DNA of 32,000 bases from an uncultured archaeon (lineage in GTDB: Archaea; Asgardarchaeota; Jordiarchaeia; Jordiarchaeales; Jordiarchaeaceae): contig CAZECW010000058.1 in the NCBI GenBank assembly GCA_964510585.1, positions 11,038 to 43,037 of the forward strand, written 5' to 3'. The position numbers and the translations under genes were made by a program. The first letter of the stretch is position 1, and every line of letters starts with the position of its first letter. Of this stretch, positions 19,318-28,717 are shown piece by piece. The notes under the pieces are model-generated. The model saw only the letters and a program-made list of their open reading frames with translations, ran no database searches and was not told the DNA's origin.

Positions 19318-19566
19318 GTGGCAAGAGTAAAAATTGACAGAAAAGTATGCCAGGGATGTGGCAATTGTGTAGCGGTATGTCCCTACGGGATAGAGAGAAG
19401 ACTTTATGAAAGCGGGTTCACCTCTTGCCATGATGGGAACATGGATCAAGCTATCTGTGTAATTAACGGCGTAGCATGCGTAATTAAACCAGAACTATGC
19501 TCTAAATGTAAATATTGGGACTGCGAAAAGGTCTGCCCCAGCGGGGCACTCAAGATTGAAGTGTGA
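19318..19566 (+). CDS. Second 2x[4Fe-4S] ferredoxin (FwdG-like paralog)
   Basis: CQGCGNCVAVCPY and CSKCKYWDCEKVCP; precedes fwdD. GTG 19318 inferred from AAGGTG; open from 19279. Confidence 0.8.
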   Translation: MARVKIDRKVCQGCGNCVAVCPYGIERRLYESGFTSCHDGNMDQAICVINGVACVIKPELCSKCKYWDCEKVCPSGALKIEV

Positions 19567-19581
19567 GGAGGAAAAAGAATA

Positions 19582-19986
19582 ATGTCAAAAAATAACTCCA
19601 TAAAAGCAATTTTGATAACAGGCAGAAGTCTAGACCAAGGCGTAGCCATAGAAAGTGATAAATCTGGGGATATTTACACTAGAGCTTGTGGAAAGGTCTT
19701 CATAGATCCTCAAGATATGAAAAAGCTGAAAATTCTAAGCGGGGACATAGTTCTAGTAAAAACGAAATACGGAGAAGTTGTGGTTAGGGCGGAAAAGTCG
19801 CCAGACGCCCCTCACGAAGGAATCGTGTTTATCCCGATGGGCCCCTGGGCGAATCAGGTTGTAAATCCTTACACTGATTCCACAGGCATGCCTTCCTTTA
19901 AAGGGGTTGATGCCACAGTCGAGCCCGCCCCGGGTAAACCTGTTTTGAGCTCAATCGAACTGGCAAGAAAATTTTTGAAGCAATAG
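19582..19986 (+). CDS. fwdD: Formylmethanofuran dehydrogenase subunit D
   Basis: LITGRSLDQG, VKTKYGEVVV, VFIPMGPWANQV, TGMPSFKG; molybdopterin dinucleotide-binding domain. Confidence 0.93.
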   Translation: MSKNNSIKAILITGRSLDQGVAIESDKSGDIYTRACGKVFIDPQDMKKLKILSGDIVLVKTKYGEVVVRAEKSPDAPHEGIVFIPMGPWANQVVNPYTDSTGMPSFKGVDATVEPAPGKPVLSSIELARKFLKQ

Positions 19987-20009
19987 AGTGATTACAGGAG
20001 GAACAAGTT

Positions 20010-21323
20010 TTGGCTCGGGAAGTTGTAACTGATGTTGTTTGTCCTTTTTGTGGCTCGCTCTGCGATGATGGAGAAATAGTTCTTGAAGAGGGAAAGATAG
20101 TTGAAACTAGAAACCTTTGCACTATTGGTACAACCAAGTTTTTGTCGTCTCAGAATGGACATAGGATAACCAAGCCCATGATTAGAGAGAAGGGCGAACT
20201 TAAGGAGACAACTTTTGATAAGGCAGTAAAAAAGGCGGCAGAGATTCTCGTGAACGCTGAAAGACCACTTCTTTATGGATGGGCCTCAACTGAGTGTGAC
20301 GCCCATCGTGTTGGAATTGAGCTGGCAGAGGAGCTTAACGCAGTCATAGATGACACTGCAAGTGTTTGTCACGGCCCTTCAACTATCGCAAAACAGGAGG
20401 TGGGCCTTCCATCCTGTACATTAGGGCAAGTGAAAAATAGGGCAGACGTTATTATTTATTGGGGTTGTAACCCAGCACATGCACACCCAAGACATATGTC
20501 AAGATATACTACGTTCATCAGGGGCTTTTTCAGGGAACAGGGAAAACAGGATCGAACCCTAATAGTAGTTGATGTGCGCAATACGGATACCGCTAAGCTT
20601 GCAGACCACTTTTTGCAGGTTAAGCCAGGATATGATTATGAGGTTTTAAATGCCCTTAGAGCCATAATTAAGGGACAACCTATCCGTGGAGAAGATGTAG
20701 GCGGAGTACCCGTCTCTAAAATCAAAGAAGTAGCCGAAGTAATGATGAATGCGGGGTTTGGGGTCATTTTCTTCGGTTTGGGACTAACTATGTCTAGAGG
20801 AAAGCATAGAAATGTGGAAAACGCTATTAAGCTCACTATTGAACTTAATGAGTACGCCAAGTTTGTGATTATGGCTATGAGAGGACACTATAATGTTGCA
20901 GGGTTCAGTATTGTTGCTGGTTGGCAGACGGGTTATCCTTTTGGAATAGATTTTCAGAGGGGCTTTCCATACTATAATCCGGGTGAAACTACTTCTAATG
21001 AGATTCTTCAAAGAGAAGAGGCAGACGCTGTGCTTGTTATAGCTTCAGACCCAGTTTCACACTTTCCCGCCAGCAGCATTTCCTACATGGCCAAACTTCC
21101 AGTAATTGTTATTGAGCCCCACGTAACTCCAACTACAGAAATCGCAACAGTGGTTTTACCTTCAGCTATAGCAGGGGTTGAGGAAGAAGGCACCGCCTAT
21201 CGAATGGATCACGTTCCCATTAGATTAAGAAAAGTTGTTGAACCACCAGAAGGCTGCCTATCTGACAGAAAAATTCTAGAAGCCATCCTAAGTGAAGTCA
21301 GAAAACTCAAAAGTAAAACCTAA
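20010..21323 (+). CDS. fwdB: Formylmethanofuran dehydrogenase subunit B (Mo/W-bisPGD catalytic subunit; Cys ligand)
   Basis: CPFCGSLCDD, ASVCHGPS (TGT codon, Cys not Sec), VKNRADVIIYWGCNPAHAHPRH, MRGHYNVAG, YRMDHVPI. Confidence 0.96.
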   Translation: MAREVVTDVVCPFCGSLCDDGEIVLEEGKIVETRNLCTIGTTKFLSSQNGHRITKPMIREKGELKETTFDKAVKKAAEILVNAERPLLYGWASTECDAHRVGIELAEELNAVIDDTASVCHGPSTIAKQEVGLPSCTLGQVKNRADVIIYWGCNPAHAHPRHMSRYTTFIRGFFREQGKQDRTLIVVDVRNTDTAKLADHFLQVKPGYDYEVLNALRAIIKGQPIRGEDVGGVPVSKIKEVAEVMMNAGFGVIFFGLGLTMSRGKHRNVENAIKLTIELNEYAKFVIMAMRGHYNVAGFSIVAGWQTGYPFGIDFQRGFPYYNPGETTSNEILQREEADAVLVIASDPVSHFPASSISYMAKLPVIVIEPHVTPTTEIATVVLPSAIAGVEEEGTAYRMDHVPIRLRKVVEPPEGCLSDRKILEAILSEVRKLKSKT

Positions 21324-21610
21324 AAACCCTCTAATTATTTATATAAATTATAAGATATATTACCATATTTTAAAAAGACTTATTTTCATTTTAATCTCTA
21401 CAATAAACTTCAAGATTCACCTAAAAAAGCAACTTATTCTAGTTTGCAAAATAAACTGCAGGAAAAACTCCCAACTTAGTCGAAGGGAAAACCAAAAGCA
21501 GAGTACTACATTGATGAACGCTTTTCACGTTTTCGCCTATAATAGACAAAAAGTATGCTGGGTTTAAAGATCGACAAGAAATAGCACATTCCAACCCAGC
21601 GTTAACTTAT

Positions 21611-22087
21611 TTATTCTCTTCTGCTACGCATCCTAGCAAAAAGATCCTTTAATTCGCCTTGTAGTTGCATTCTGGCGCTCATGGGGCCTCCGCCTGCTGG
21701 ACCTTGGCTTGGCCCTAAGCTGGGACCCGGGCTTGGACTGCGAGCTGTAGCCATTCCCCCTGCCCCTCCGTATGATGGAGCTGGTGTTGGGCGTGGGTAG
21801 GGTGATGGCTCTCTTCCGGTGGTTTTGTACTCATAGTCCTCTTCTTGTTCGTAGCCTGCAGGGGCTTTTCTTCTTGTGTCTATGTTCAAAGAGGGGCCTC
21901 CGGAACGCTGGATATCGTTAATTTTGTTTTCTAAACTGTTTAGTCTATTCTCTATTCCGTTCATTCTTCCTTCGAGCATATCTACTGCGTTTAATATTAT
22001 TTTTACTACTCCCGATATGATTTCTGCTAATTCTTTTACCTTTTTATCGTTGGCAAACTCGAGAATCTCGCTAAAATCATCAGACAT
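21611..22087 (-). CDS. Hypothetical protein: coiled coil, Pro/Gly/Ser-rich disordered linker, C-terminal amphipathic helix
   Basis: Heptads LEGRMNG-IENRLNS-LENKIND; PSPYPRPTPAP and PSPGPSLGPSQGP linker; terminal ARMQLQGELKDLFARM. Confidence 0.75.
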   Translation of the reverse strand: MSDDFSEILEFANDKKVKELAEIISGVVKIILNAVDMLEGRMNGIENRLNSLENKINDIQRSGGPSLNIDTRRKAPAGYEQEEDYEYKTTGREPSPYPRPTPAPSYGGAGGMATARSPSPGPSLGPSQGPAGGGPMSARMQLQGELKDLFARMRSRRE

Positions 22088-22391
22088 GCAAAGTCGCTCC
22101 TAAGCTATGAAAATTTTCTTTTTTGCAACATATAAAGGTTTTCACTAAACTGCTATGCACAGTTTGGAAGTTTTTAATGTGCTTTATAATTTGATTGAAA
22201 AATCTTCAAAAAGGTATGAATTAAGTGTTGAAAATTTTTGAGAACTTAGATGTATTCGAAAAAAATTGGAAAAATTGTACGAAAGTGTAAAAGGCAAGCC
22301 CATTTGCGAATTGAATTGAGAGTCGGTTGGAATAGAAAGGGAAGCTATGGAGTAGATTTTGCAATTTTCCTTCCCATCTTTTGGAGTAAAA

Positions 22392-23237
22392 TTATTTAAT
22401 ATTATTTTCATTTTTCTCTTGATCCATTTTTTTCTGCTTTCCGATTCTGCGAATTCTTCCACAGAGTTTTTCCCAGTCAACATATATTAGAGCTAGAAAT
22501 ATAATTACAAGTACTGCTATGCTTGCTATCATTGTTGTTAATCCTGCCTCGCCAGAAAACCATTCAAGTATTGTTTTGCCGAAAAACTCAACATTAGAGA
22601 GAGCCTGTGCACCATAAGCTATAACGCTGCACATAATGACTTTACCAACGATCGTTGCGATAATAGCCTTTACGTAGGAGTAATCAACCAGGCCCAAGGC
22701 TAACATGAGCATATCATCTGGAAGAGGAGTGGCGGCAAATAAAACAATGAAGGGAAAGCCCCAGCCTCGCTCTATCAAGTTCCCATATCTGACTAGGCGT
22801 TGACCATAGCTTGAATCCTTAATTAACTCCTGTCCTCCCCTGCCAATTAGCCAAGCACTGGTTTCACCAACGGCAGCACCGAGACCAGCACAAAGACCAA
22901 TAATTAAAGCATTGGTCCAAGGCCTAAAAAGCATTAAGAACCATAGAAAAATGACATAGGGCACAGGAAGAATGACAGTTAAATTACCTGCAATACTGAC
23001 AAGGAAAACTGCAAAGTATAATCCTATTTCGCCTCCGGGGAAGTAGAGAGTAAACCATAGCATCGACCAAGCTAGGGGGTTTTGCCAGAGTGACAGCATG
23101 TCAAGGAAGAACTGTGGGGGATAAAGGTACCAGACAAGAAAGTTATAGAAAAGGTAGGGAAATATCATTGGATTTGCTATAAAAAAAAGAGGAGTACTCG
23201 CGAAAGCTAGGTATTTTTTCTTTCCTTCATCAAACAT
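22392..23237 (-). CDS. DedA/VTT (SNARE-associated) family membrane protein
   Basis: AGLGAAVGETSAWLIGRG and FAATPLPDD motifs; multiple hydrophobic helices; extra hydrophobic N-terminal region. Confidence 0.8.
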   Translation of the reverse strand: MFDEGKKKYLAFASTPLFFIANPMIFPYLFYNFLVWYLYPPQFFLDMLSLWQNPLAWSMLWFTLYFPGGEIGLYFAVFLVSIAGNLTVILPVPYVIFLWFLMLFRPWTNALIIGLCAGLGAAVGETSAWLIGRGGQELIKDSSYGQRLVRYGNLIERGWGFPFIVLFAATPLPDDMLMLALGLVDYSYVKAIIATIVGKVIMCSVIAYGAQALSNVEFFGKTILEWFSGEAGLTTMIASIAVLVIIFLALIYVDWEKLCGRIRRIGKQKKMDQEKNENNIK

Positions 23238-23361
23238 TTAATCGAAACCTCATTTCATTGGTTTGCCTCTATAAATGATGTTAAGGTCTAGATAGGGTGA
23301 TTGGCTTTAGACTGTAGAGATTTAGTGTTATTGATTCAACCTTTTTTGGATCTTGATAAGG

Positions 23362-23520
23362 TTACTCCCAGGTGGCTCCGCATTCTCTGCATTTCCAGTG
23401 CTTCTTATAGATGGGGGTCTGACCTGCGTAGCTGAGAACTTTGCCTTTGTCTTGTTCCTGTTTGATGTTTATGCTACCGCATTTAGGGCATTTTACTCTA
23501 ACAGATCCAGTTTCTGCCAT
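23362..23520 (-). CDS. 52-aa Zn-ribbon protein (absent from the ORF track)
   Basis: Manual translation MAETGSVRVKCPKCGSINIKQEQDKGKVLSYAGQTPIYKKHWKCRECGATWE; CPKC and CREC pairs; AAGGTG 6 nt before ATG; TAA at 23362-23364. Confidence 0.85.
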   Translation of the reverse strand: MAETGSVRVKCPKCGSINIKQEQDKGKVLSYAGQTPIYKKHWKCRECGATWE

Positions 23521-23904
23521 TTCAAACACCTTTATATTATTTTATGATTTCCAAACTGGTCAACTTGTTGTTAAGTAACTATTACTTAGGTTTAATATAT
23601 TATTTCTTAATACTTATAATCCTTTTTATTTTCGCATTTTTTTGAATGAAAAAATTTTCTGACAATTTATTTTTATGGTGAAAAGGATTTAAAACACTGT
23701 TATTTACATGTTAATTCTACTTTTAAAGTAATATACTTATAAAGGAATAACCGCTAAACGGAGGGAAACATGCACATATATTTCTTCGTAGCAGATGGGG
23801 TATTTGGGAAATCTTTTAAAATTTAGAGCTTCATAAGTAAATCACTTGTTCGTTTAAAAAAATGAGGTTTCAGGATTCTAAAGGAAAAGTGTTGGTGATG
23901 GTTC

Positions 23905-24882
23905 GTGGATTTAAAAGCCTACATTCAAATTACACGGCCCGTCAACTGTTTTATGGGGGGCTTGACTGTACTTTCCGCGGTGCAGGTGGCTAACATTTTC
24001 TATAACCTGGATTTACAATTCTTTTGGTCAAAATTTCCAATTTTTCCACAAAGATTTTTTGAGATTTCCTTTATAGCCTTCTTCGTTTACTATTTTATTG
24101 CCGCTGCGGGTATGGTAATCAATGACATTTTTGACCTTGAGGTTGATAGAATTAACAAGCCTAGCCGTCCCCTACCGAGAGGCGCGCTAACTGTTAAACA
24201 GGCTTGGATATACACAGTACTCCTCTGGGGGGTGGGAATTTTATTAGCCTTTTTGATTAGTCTAGCTTCAGGAATACTTGCTTTAATCTTTTCGGGCGTA
24301 GGATTATTGTACGCAGCCAAGGTCAAAGTTTTGGGGATACTGGGAAATTTTGTAGTTGCATTCAGCTTCGCTTTTGGATATCTTTACGGTTCTCTCATCA
24401 CTTCGCTTGAGAGAGGTTTTTGGTGGATTCCAACTATGACCTGGCTTTTTTTCATCACCGCCTTTATGGTACTACAGGGAAGAGAAATTATCAAGGGAAT
24501 GGAAGACATCGAAGGAGATAAGCTCCGAGATGTAAAAACAATAGCTCGGGTTTACGGCTTAAAAAGAGCTGGAATTCTCGGAGCCACCTGCAACATTATA
24601 GGAATAATTAGTTTCACACTATGTTGGATAATAGATATGTTCTCACCATGGTGGACTCCTAAACTACTTGGCTTCTGGTTTATTCCATTCTACTTCTTAG
24701 GGGTCGCCGCTGTAGCTGTATCGAGCACACTAGTTCTCTGGAAATATGACTCTCAAAAAGCAGCAAAAACGTCCAGCTTATTTGACAAAATTGGCGCCCT
24801 ATTTGGACTCATCGCATTCCTTTTAGGCCCCTTTACAGCCACCAATATAACAATACCCCCGTACTTATGGTTTTGGATATAG
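23905..24882 (+). CDS. UbiA-family prenyltransferase, likely digeranylgeranylglyceryl phosphate (DGGGP) synthase
   Basis: ITRPVN, INDIFDLEVDRINKPSRPLPRG (first Asp-rich motif), REIIKGMEDIEGD (second motif), multiple TM helices. Confidence 0.88.
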   Translation: MDLKAYIQITRPVNCFMGGLTVLSAVQVANIFYNLDLQFFWSKFPIFPQRFFEISFIAFFVYYFIAAAGMVINDIFDLEVDRINKPSRPLPRGALTVKQAWIYTVLLWGVGILLAFLISLASGILALIFSGVGLLYAAKVKVLGILGNFVVAFSFAFGYLYGSLITSLERGFWWIPTMTWLFFITAFMVLQGREIIKGMEDIEGDKLRDVKTIARVYGLKRAGILGATCNIIGIISFTLCWIIDMFSPWWTPKLLGFWFIPFYFLGVAAVAVSSTLVLWKYDSQKAAKTSSLFDKIGALFGLIAFLLGPFTATNITIPPYLWFWI

Positions 24883-24998
24883 AACAGCTTACATATGTTA
24901 AAAATATTCAGCACAAAGTTATGAAACAGGGAACTTCACCCGAAAAGGATCTAACTATTGAATGATCTTGAAAAAAGTTGGAGGATCTATAAACAAGT

Positions 24999-25361
24999 TT
25001 ATGCCTCAATTTGGCGGCCTTCCAGTTTTTCTACGGCAGTTTCTATTTGCTTTTTAACGTTGGAATTCTTGGCAGCTAATTTTAGCGAGGAGAGGTCAAC
25101 AGCTCCTGCTTCGAAGGCTTCTAAGGCGATGGTAAGTTGGGTTAAAGAGCTACAGAGGCCTTTTCGTAGAGTAAAATAGTAGGAGAAGTCTTTGAAGGTT
25201 TCCTCAAACTTGTCTAAAATGATATAGCAGCGGTCAATGTCAGCTATCAAACCTCGAATTTGCTCGGAAGAAACCTCTGTCAGGTTCAGTATATTTGTGA
25301 TTTCTTTATCTAGGGTTAATAGCTCCTCTTTGAGTTGTTTGGTTATTTCAATAGCCACCAT
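24999..25361 (-). CDS. Hypothetical alpha-helical protein
   Basis: 120-aa ORF from ATG with amphipathic helical composition; no recognisable motif. Confidence 0.55.
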   Translation of the reverse strand: MVAIEITKQLKEELLTLDKEITNILNLTEVSSEQIRGLIADIDRCYIILDKFEETFKDFSYYFTLRKGLCSSLTQLTIALEAFEAGAVDLSSLKLAAKNSNVKKQIETAVEKLEGRQIEA

Positions 25362-25742
25362 TTATTGGGCACCATCGCTTACAATTCCACTTCCTCAACA
25401 GATGCATCATCTATCGTAATAATTACACAACAACTAATTATAAATGAATCGATAATCCCTTATCAAATATTTATTTAAGTTTTTATAATTTTTTAAAAAC
25501 TGTTAACAAATAAATAATAATAGTTTCTAAAATATGTATTTAATAATATAATACTTTGATTTATTTTGCATATTATATTAATTAAATAAATATTAATTAA
25601 ACTTTTAAATATTTCATACTTTATAAAATAAGAAATCCGAGGAGAAAAAAGGAAGAGAGTTTCTCTATCTCAAAAATAATAAATGCATCACAAATGGGAA
25701 ATATTTTAAAATGTATTAAGAAGCTTTAAGGTGAATTCTAAG

Positions 25743-27491
25743 ATGGAAGAAATAATAAAAACTGCTCTAGGTGAGGTAAAAGCAGACTTAGTAATAAAAA
25801 ACACCAGCATAATTAATGTTTGTACGGGCGAAATTGAACAGGGAGATATCGCAATAAAAAAGAATAAAATCGCATTGGTGGGCGACTCCTCTCACACAGT
25901 AGGTGTCAAGACAAGAATAATAGATGGGAGAAATAAATTTGCCGCCCCAGGATTTTTTGACGCCCACATACACGTTGAATCAAGCGAAATTACAATCACG
26001 GAATTTACTAAAGCCTGCCTTCCCCACGGAACAACCTCAATAATTTGGGATCCACATGAAATAGCAAATGTGCGGGGAACAAACGGAATAAAAGAGATTT
26101 TAGAAGAATCAAAAAGGCTTCCACTCAACGTTTTTGTTATGATTCCAAGCTGTGTTCCTGCAACTTCACCAAAACTTGGAACTTCTGGTGCCATAATCAG
26201 TATTAAGGATATCCTAGAACTTTCAAATTTAGAGGGGATAATGGGCCTTGGAGAGGTGATGAACTTCCCGGGCGTTCTCAACTGTGACGAAGAGGTTTTA
26301 GCTAAAATAAAAGCTGCAAAGAAATTTAGGGCAATAGACGGCCATGCTCCAGGTCTGAGGACTGAAAAACTATGCGCCTATTTCTCAACTGGAATCCGCT
26401 CAGATCATGAATCTGTCTCTGGTGATGAAGGTTTGGAGAAGTTGAGGAGAGGGGTATATCTCATGATAAGAGAGGGAACAGCCTCTAAAAATTTAGCCAG
26501 CTTGGTTAGGCCAATCATTGAAATGAAGCTAGAAACGAGACACTGCTTACTGGCAACAGATGATATAAGTCCAGAGGATTTAAAGAATCGGGGAGAAGTT
26601 GACTACCTTATCAGGAGATGCATCGAGGAAGGTCTGGATCCAATAAAAGCATACCAGATGGCTACCCTCAACCCTGCATGTTACCTAGGAATAGATCACA
26701 TTTTTGGAAGTGTAACTCCGGGAAAAAATGCGGACATAGTTTTATTAGGAGACTTGGAAAAAGTGAAAGTTATCACAACGATTGTTTCGGGAATTCCAGC
26801 TGTGGTTGATGGAAAATTAGAGGTCAGTATCCCACAATATGAATATTCTAGAGAAATGAGGAAAAGTGTTAATGTGGGCAGAATACCGAAGCCAGAAAAG
26901 TTTCAAATTAAAACCCACAAAAAAGGTATTCAAGAAGTTAAGGTTATAGGAGCGTCGGAGGGAACCCTTTTTACAAGCTTGGAAATTGAGAAGCTAAAGG
27001 TTGAAAGAGGGATAGTTATGCCTGACCCTAAAAAGGATGTACTACAGGTAGCAGTAGTTGAAAGACATCACGCCTCGGGAGATACTGGTAAGGGATTTGT
27101 AAAGGGATTCGGTTTAAAAGAGGGAAGCATCGCTTCCACTGTCGCTCATGATTCCCATAACATTGTTGTAGTTGGAACAAATTGGGAGGATATGGCTAAA
27201 GCGGTTTTAGAGATAGTGGAAATGCAAGGGGGTATGGTGGCGATAAAAAGGGGGGAATGTATTGCCCGGTTGACTCTTAACTTTGCGGGTCTTATGAGCA
27301 CAGCTCCCATAGAAGAAGTTATCCAAGGAGCAGAGAAACTCAAAAAGGCAGTAAAAGCAATGGGCTGCAAGCTGGAAGCCCCATTCATGACCCTATCCTT
27401 CTTGTCGTTACCAGTCATTCCGGAACTAAAGATTACGGAAAAAGGACTGATAGATGTTATTAATCAGGAGATAACAAGTGTACTGGTTTAA
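25743..27491 (+). CDS. ade: Adenine deaminase
   Basis: APGFFDAHIHVESS, DPHEIANV, LGEVMNFPGV, DGHAPGL, SDHE, REGTASKNL, TDD, VERHH, STVAHDSHN, LPVIPELKIT. ATG 25743 chosen; open from 25731. Confidence 0.95.
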   Translation: MEEIIKTALGEVKADLVIKNTSIINVCTGEIEQGDIAIKKNKIALVGDSSHTVGVKTRIIDGRNKFAAPGFFDAHIHVESSEITITEFTKACLPHGTTSIIWDPHEIANVRGTNGIKEILEESKRLPLNVFVMIPSCVPATSPKLGTSGAIISIKDILELSNLEGIMGLGEVMNFPGVLNCDEEVLAKIKAAKKFRAIDGHAPGLRTEKLCAYFSTGIRSDHESVSGDEGLEKLRRGVYLMIREGTASKNLASLVRPIIEMKLETRHCLLATDDISPEDLKNRGEVDYLIRRCIEEGLDPIKAYQMATLNPACYLGIDHIFGSVTPGKNADIVLLGDLEKVKVITTIVSGIPAVVDGKLEVSIPQYEYSREMRKSVNVGRIPKPEKFQIKTHKKGIQEVKVIGASEGTLFTSLEIEKLKVERGIVMPDPKKDVLQVAVVERHHASGDTGKGFVKGFGLKEGSIASTVAHDSHNIVVVGTNWEDMAKAVLEIVEMQGGMVAIKRGECIARLTLNFAGLMSTAPIEEVIQGAEKLKKAVKAMGCKLEAPFMTLSFLSLPVIPELKITEKGLIDVINQEITSVLV

Positions 27492-27496
27492 CCTTT

Positions 27497-28303
27497 TTAG
27501 GAGTAGTTATATTGCATATGAGACTTGTAGATTTCTTCCGTCCACCTGTTCAAAAGTTTAGGATCAAAACTACTCTTATTTTTAGTACTTATGAACTCGA
27601 CTTGGTAGAACTGTGATTCTCCAAAAAATTCTGCTATGCTTTTCTTTATGAAGGAGGATACCTTATTTGTTTCTTTTTTTAACTGTACACATTCACAAAA
27701 TTGCAGGGCAATAACAGTTATTATAATGTTTCCCTCCCCATCTGCACTAACCCGAGCAGAATATCTAGCGTCGTCGGTGATCCATTCCAGTATGGATATA
27801 TCCTCTCCTAGGGAGCTTCCCACGTAGCGGTAATGAGAAAACCATTTTCCCTTAAGTTTCTTTGCGAGTATTTTGTGGTTTATTCTTTGGGGATTAACTC
27901 TTATTTCGATCTCGTAAGAAGGAAAATCGCTATGCACCGAATCAAGATTATACCTCGCTTTATTATCATTACCAAACAAGTTTGATATCAGGATTTTTCC
28001 ATATTTGGTTAAAAAGTATTCTTTATCCTCGTTTTTAGCAATTATTCCCTTCCTGACCAGCCTTCTTAGAGCTACAGTTAGCCTCTGCTGATGAATATCC
28101 AACCTTCTCTTTATTCCCTGAAAACCAAAAGAGAAACCTCTGGATTTTGCATCTTCATTATTAAAAAGTAATAAGACCTCCATCTCGGGAAGACTCAAAA
28201 CGGGAGCATCAGTTACAAAGGCATTTAGTGGTAATAGATAATCCTTATCTAAGTAAATATTTTGGTCATTTTTAATTAAAGCATTTTGAAGGTCTTCCTG
28301 CAA
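27497..28303 (-). CDS. Winged-helix (MarR-like) domain protein with C-terminal alpha/beta domain
   Basis: FQGIKRRLDIHQQRLTVALRRLVRKGIIAKNEDKEYFLTKYG fits a wHTH recognition helix and wing; TTG start. Confidence 0.65.
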   Translation of the reverse strand: MQEDLQNALIKNDQNIYLDKDYLLPLNAFVTDAPVLSLPEMEVLLLFNNEDAKSRGFSFGFQGIKRRLDIHQQRLTVALRRLVRKGIIAKNEDKEYFLTKYGKILISNLFGNDNKARYNLDSVHSDFPSYEIEIRVNPQRINHKILAKKLKGKWFSHYRYVGSSLGEDISILEWITDDARYSARVSADGEGNIIITVIALQFCECVQLKKETNKVSSFIKKSIAEFFGESQFYQVEFISTKNKSSFDPKLLNRWTEEIYKSHMQYNYS

Positions 28304-28717
28304 TACAGACCCCTCCTAAAACTAGGAAAATGAACGTAAATTTCTTCCTTACGAATAATACCAAGCGAACAACACAAGTACTAACTTAAATTTCTTTCCA
28401 ATAAGGAAAGCGACGACGCTAATTCACCCAGTTCTAGCCACACAGTATATTAAGTTTGTAAATTGGAAAAGAGGCTTTGTAAACTCCTTTTTCGGATGCT
28501 AAACAGAATGAAAATACTGCCAATGGAGAAAAATAAATAATAACTCAATTGGTGTATAAAATTGATATATAGATAGATTATTTGTATAGACCAACGAAGT
28601 TTCTAAAAAACCTACACAAATCACGGTTCTTAAAGACAAATTATGAAAATATTTCTCACAGAAAGCATCATCCGAACTAAAATGGTGTAAAGTCAAAACC
28701 TTCTACAGAGTTTTAAG

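Noticed and set aside
20360-20380. Selenocysteine in FwdB
   Set aside because: The ligand position SVCHGPS uses TGT (Cys); there is no in-frame TGA in fwdB.
1654-20860. Many 60-290 aa ORFs antisense to or overlapping cdh, ftr, fwd and mat (e.g. 9734-10594)
   Set aside because: They overlap well-supported genes, lack motifs and are expected shadow ORFs.
22184-22483. 99-aa minus-strand ORF
   Set aside because: Overlaps the DedA gene end in another frame, has no RBS or motif, and looks like AT-rich intergenic noise.
25772-25780. 9-nt match (TGAGGTAAA) of the predicted omega-RNA guide in ade
   Set aside because: Not preceded by the predicted TTAC TAM and too short to exceed chance.
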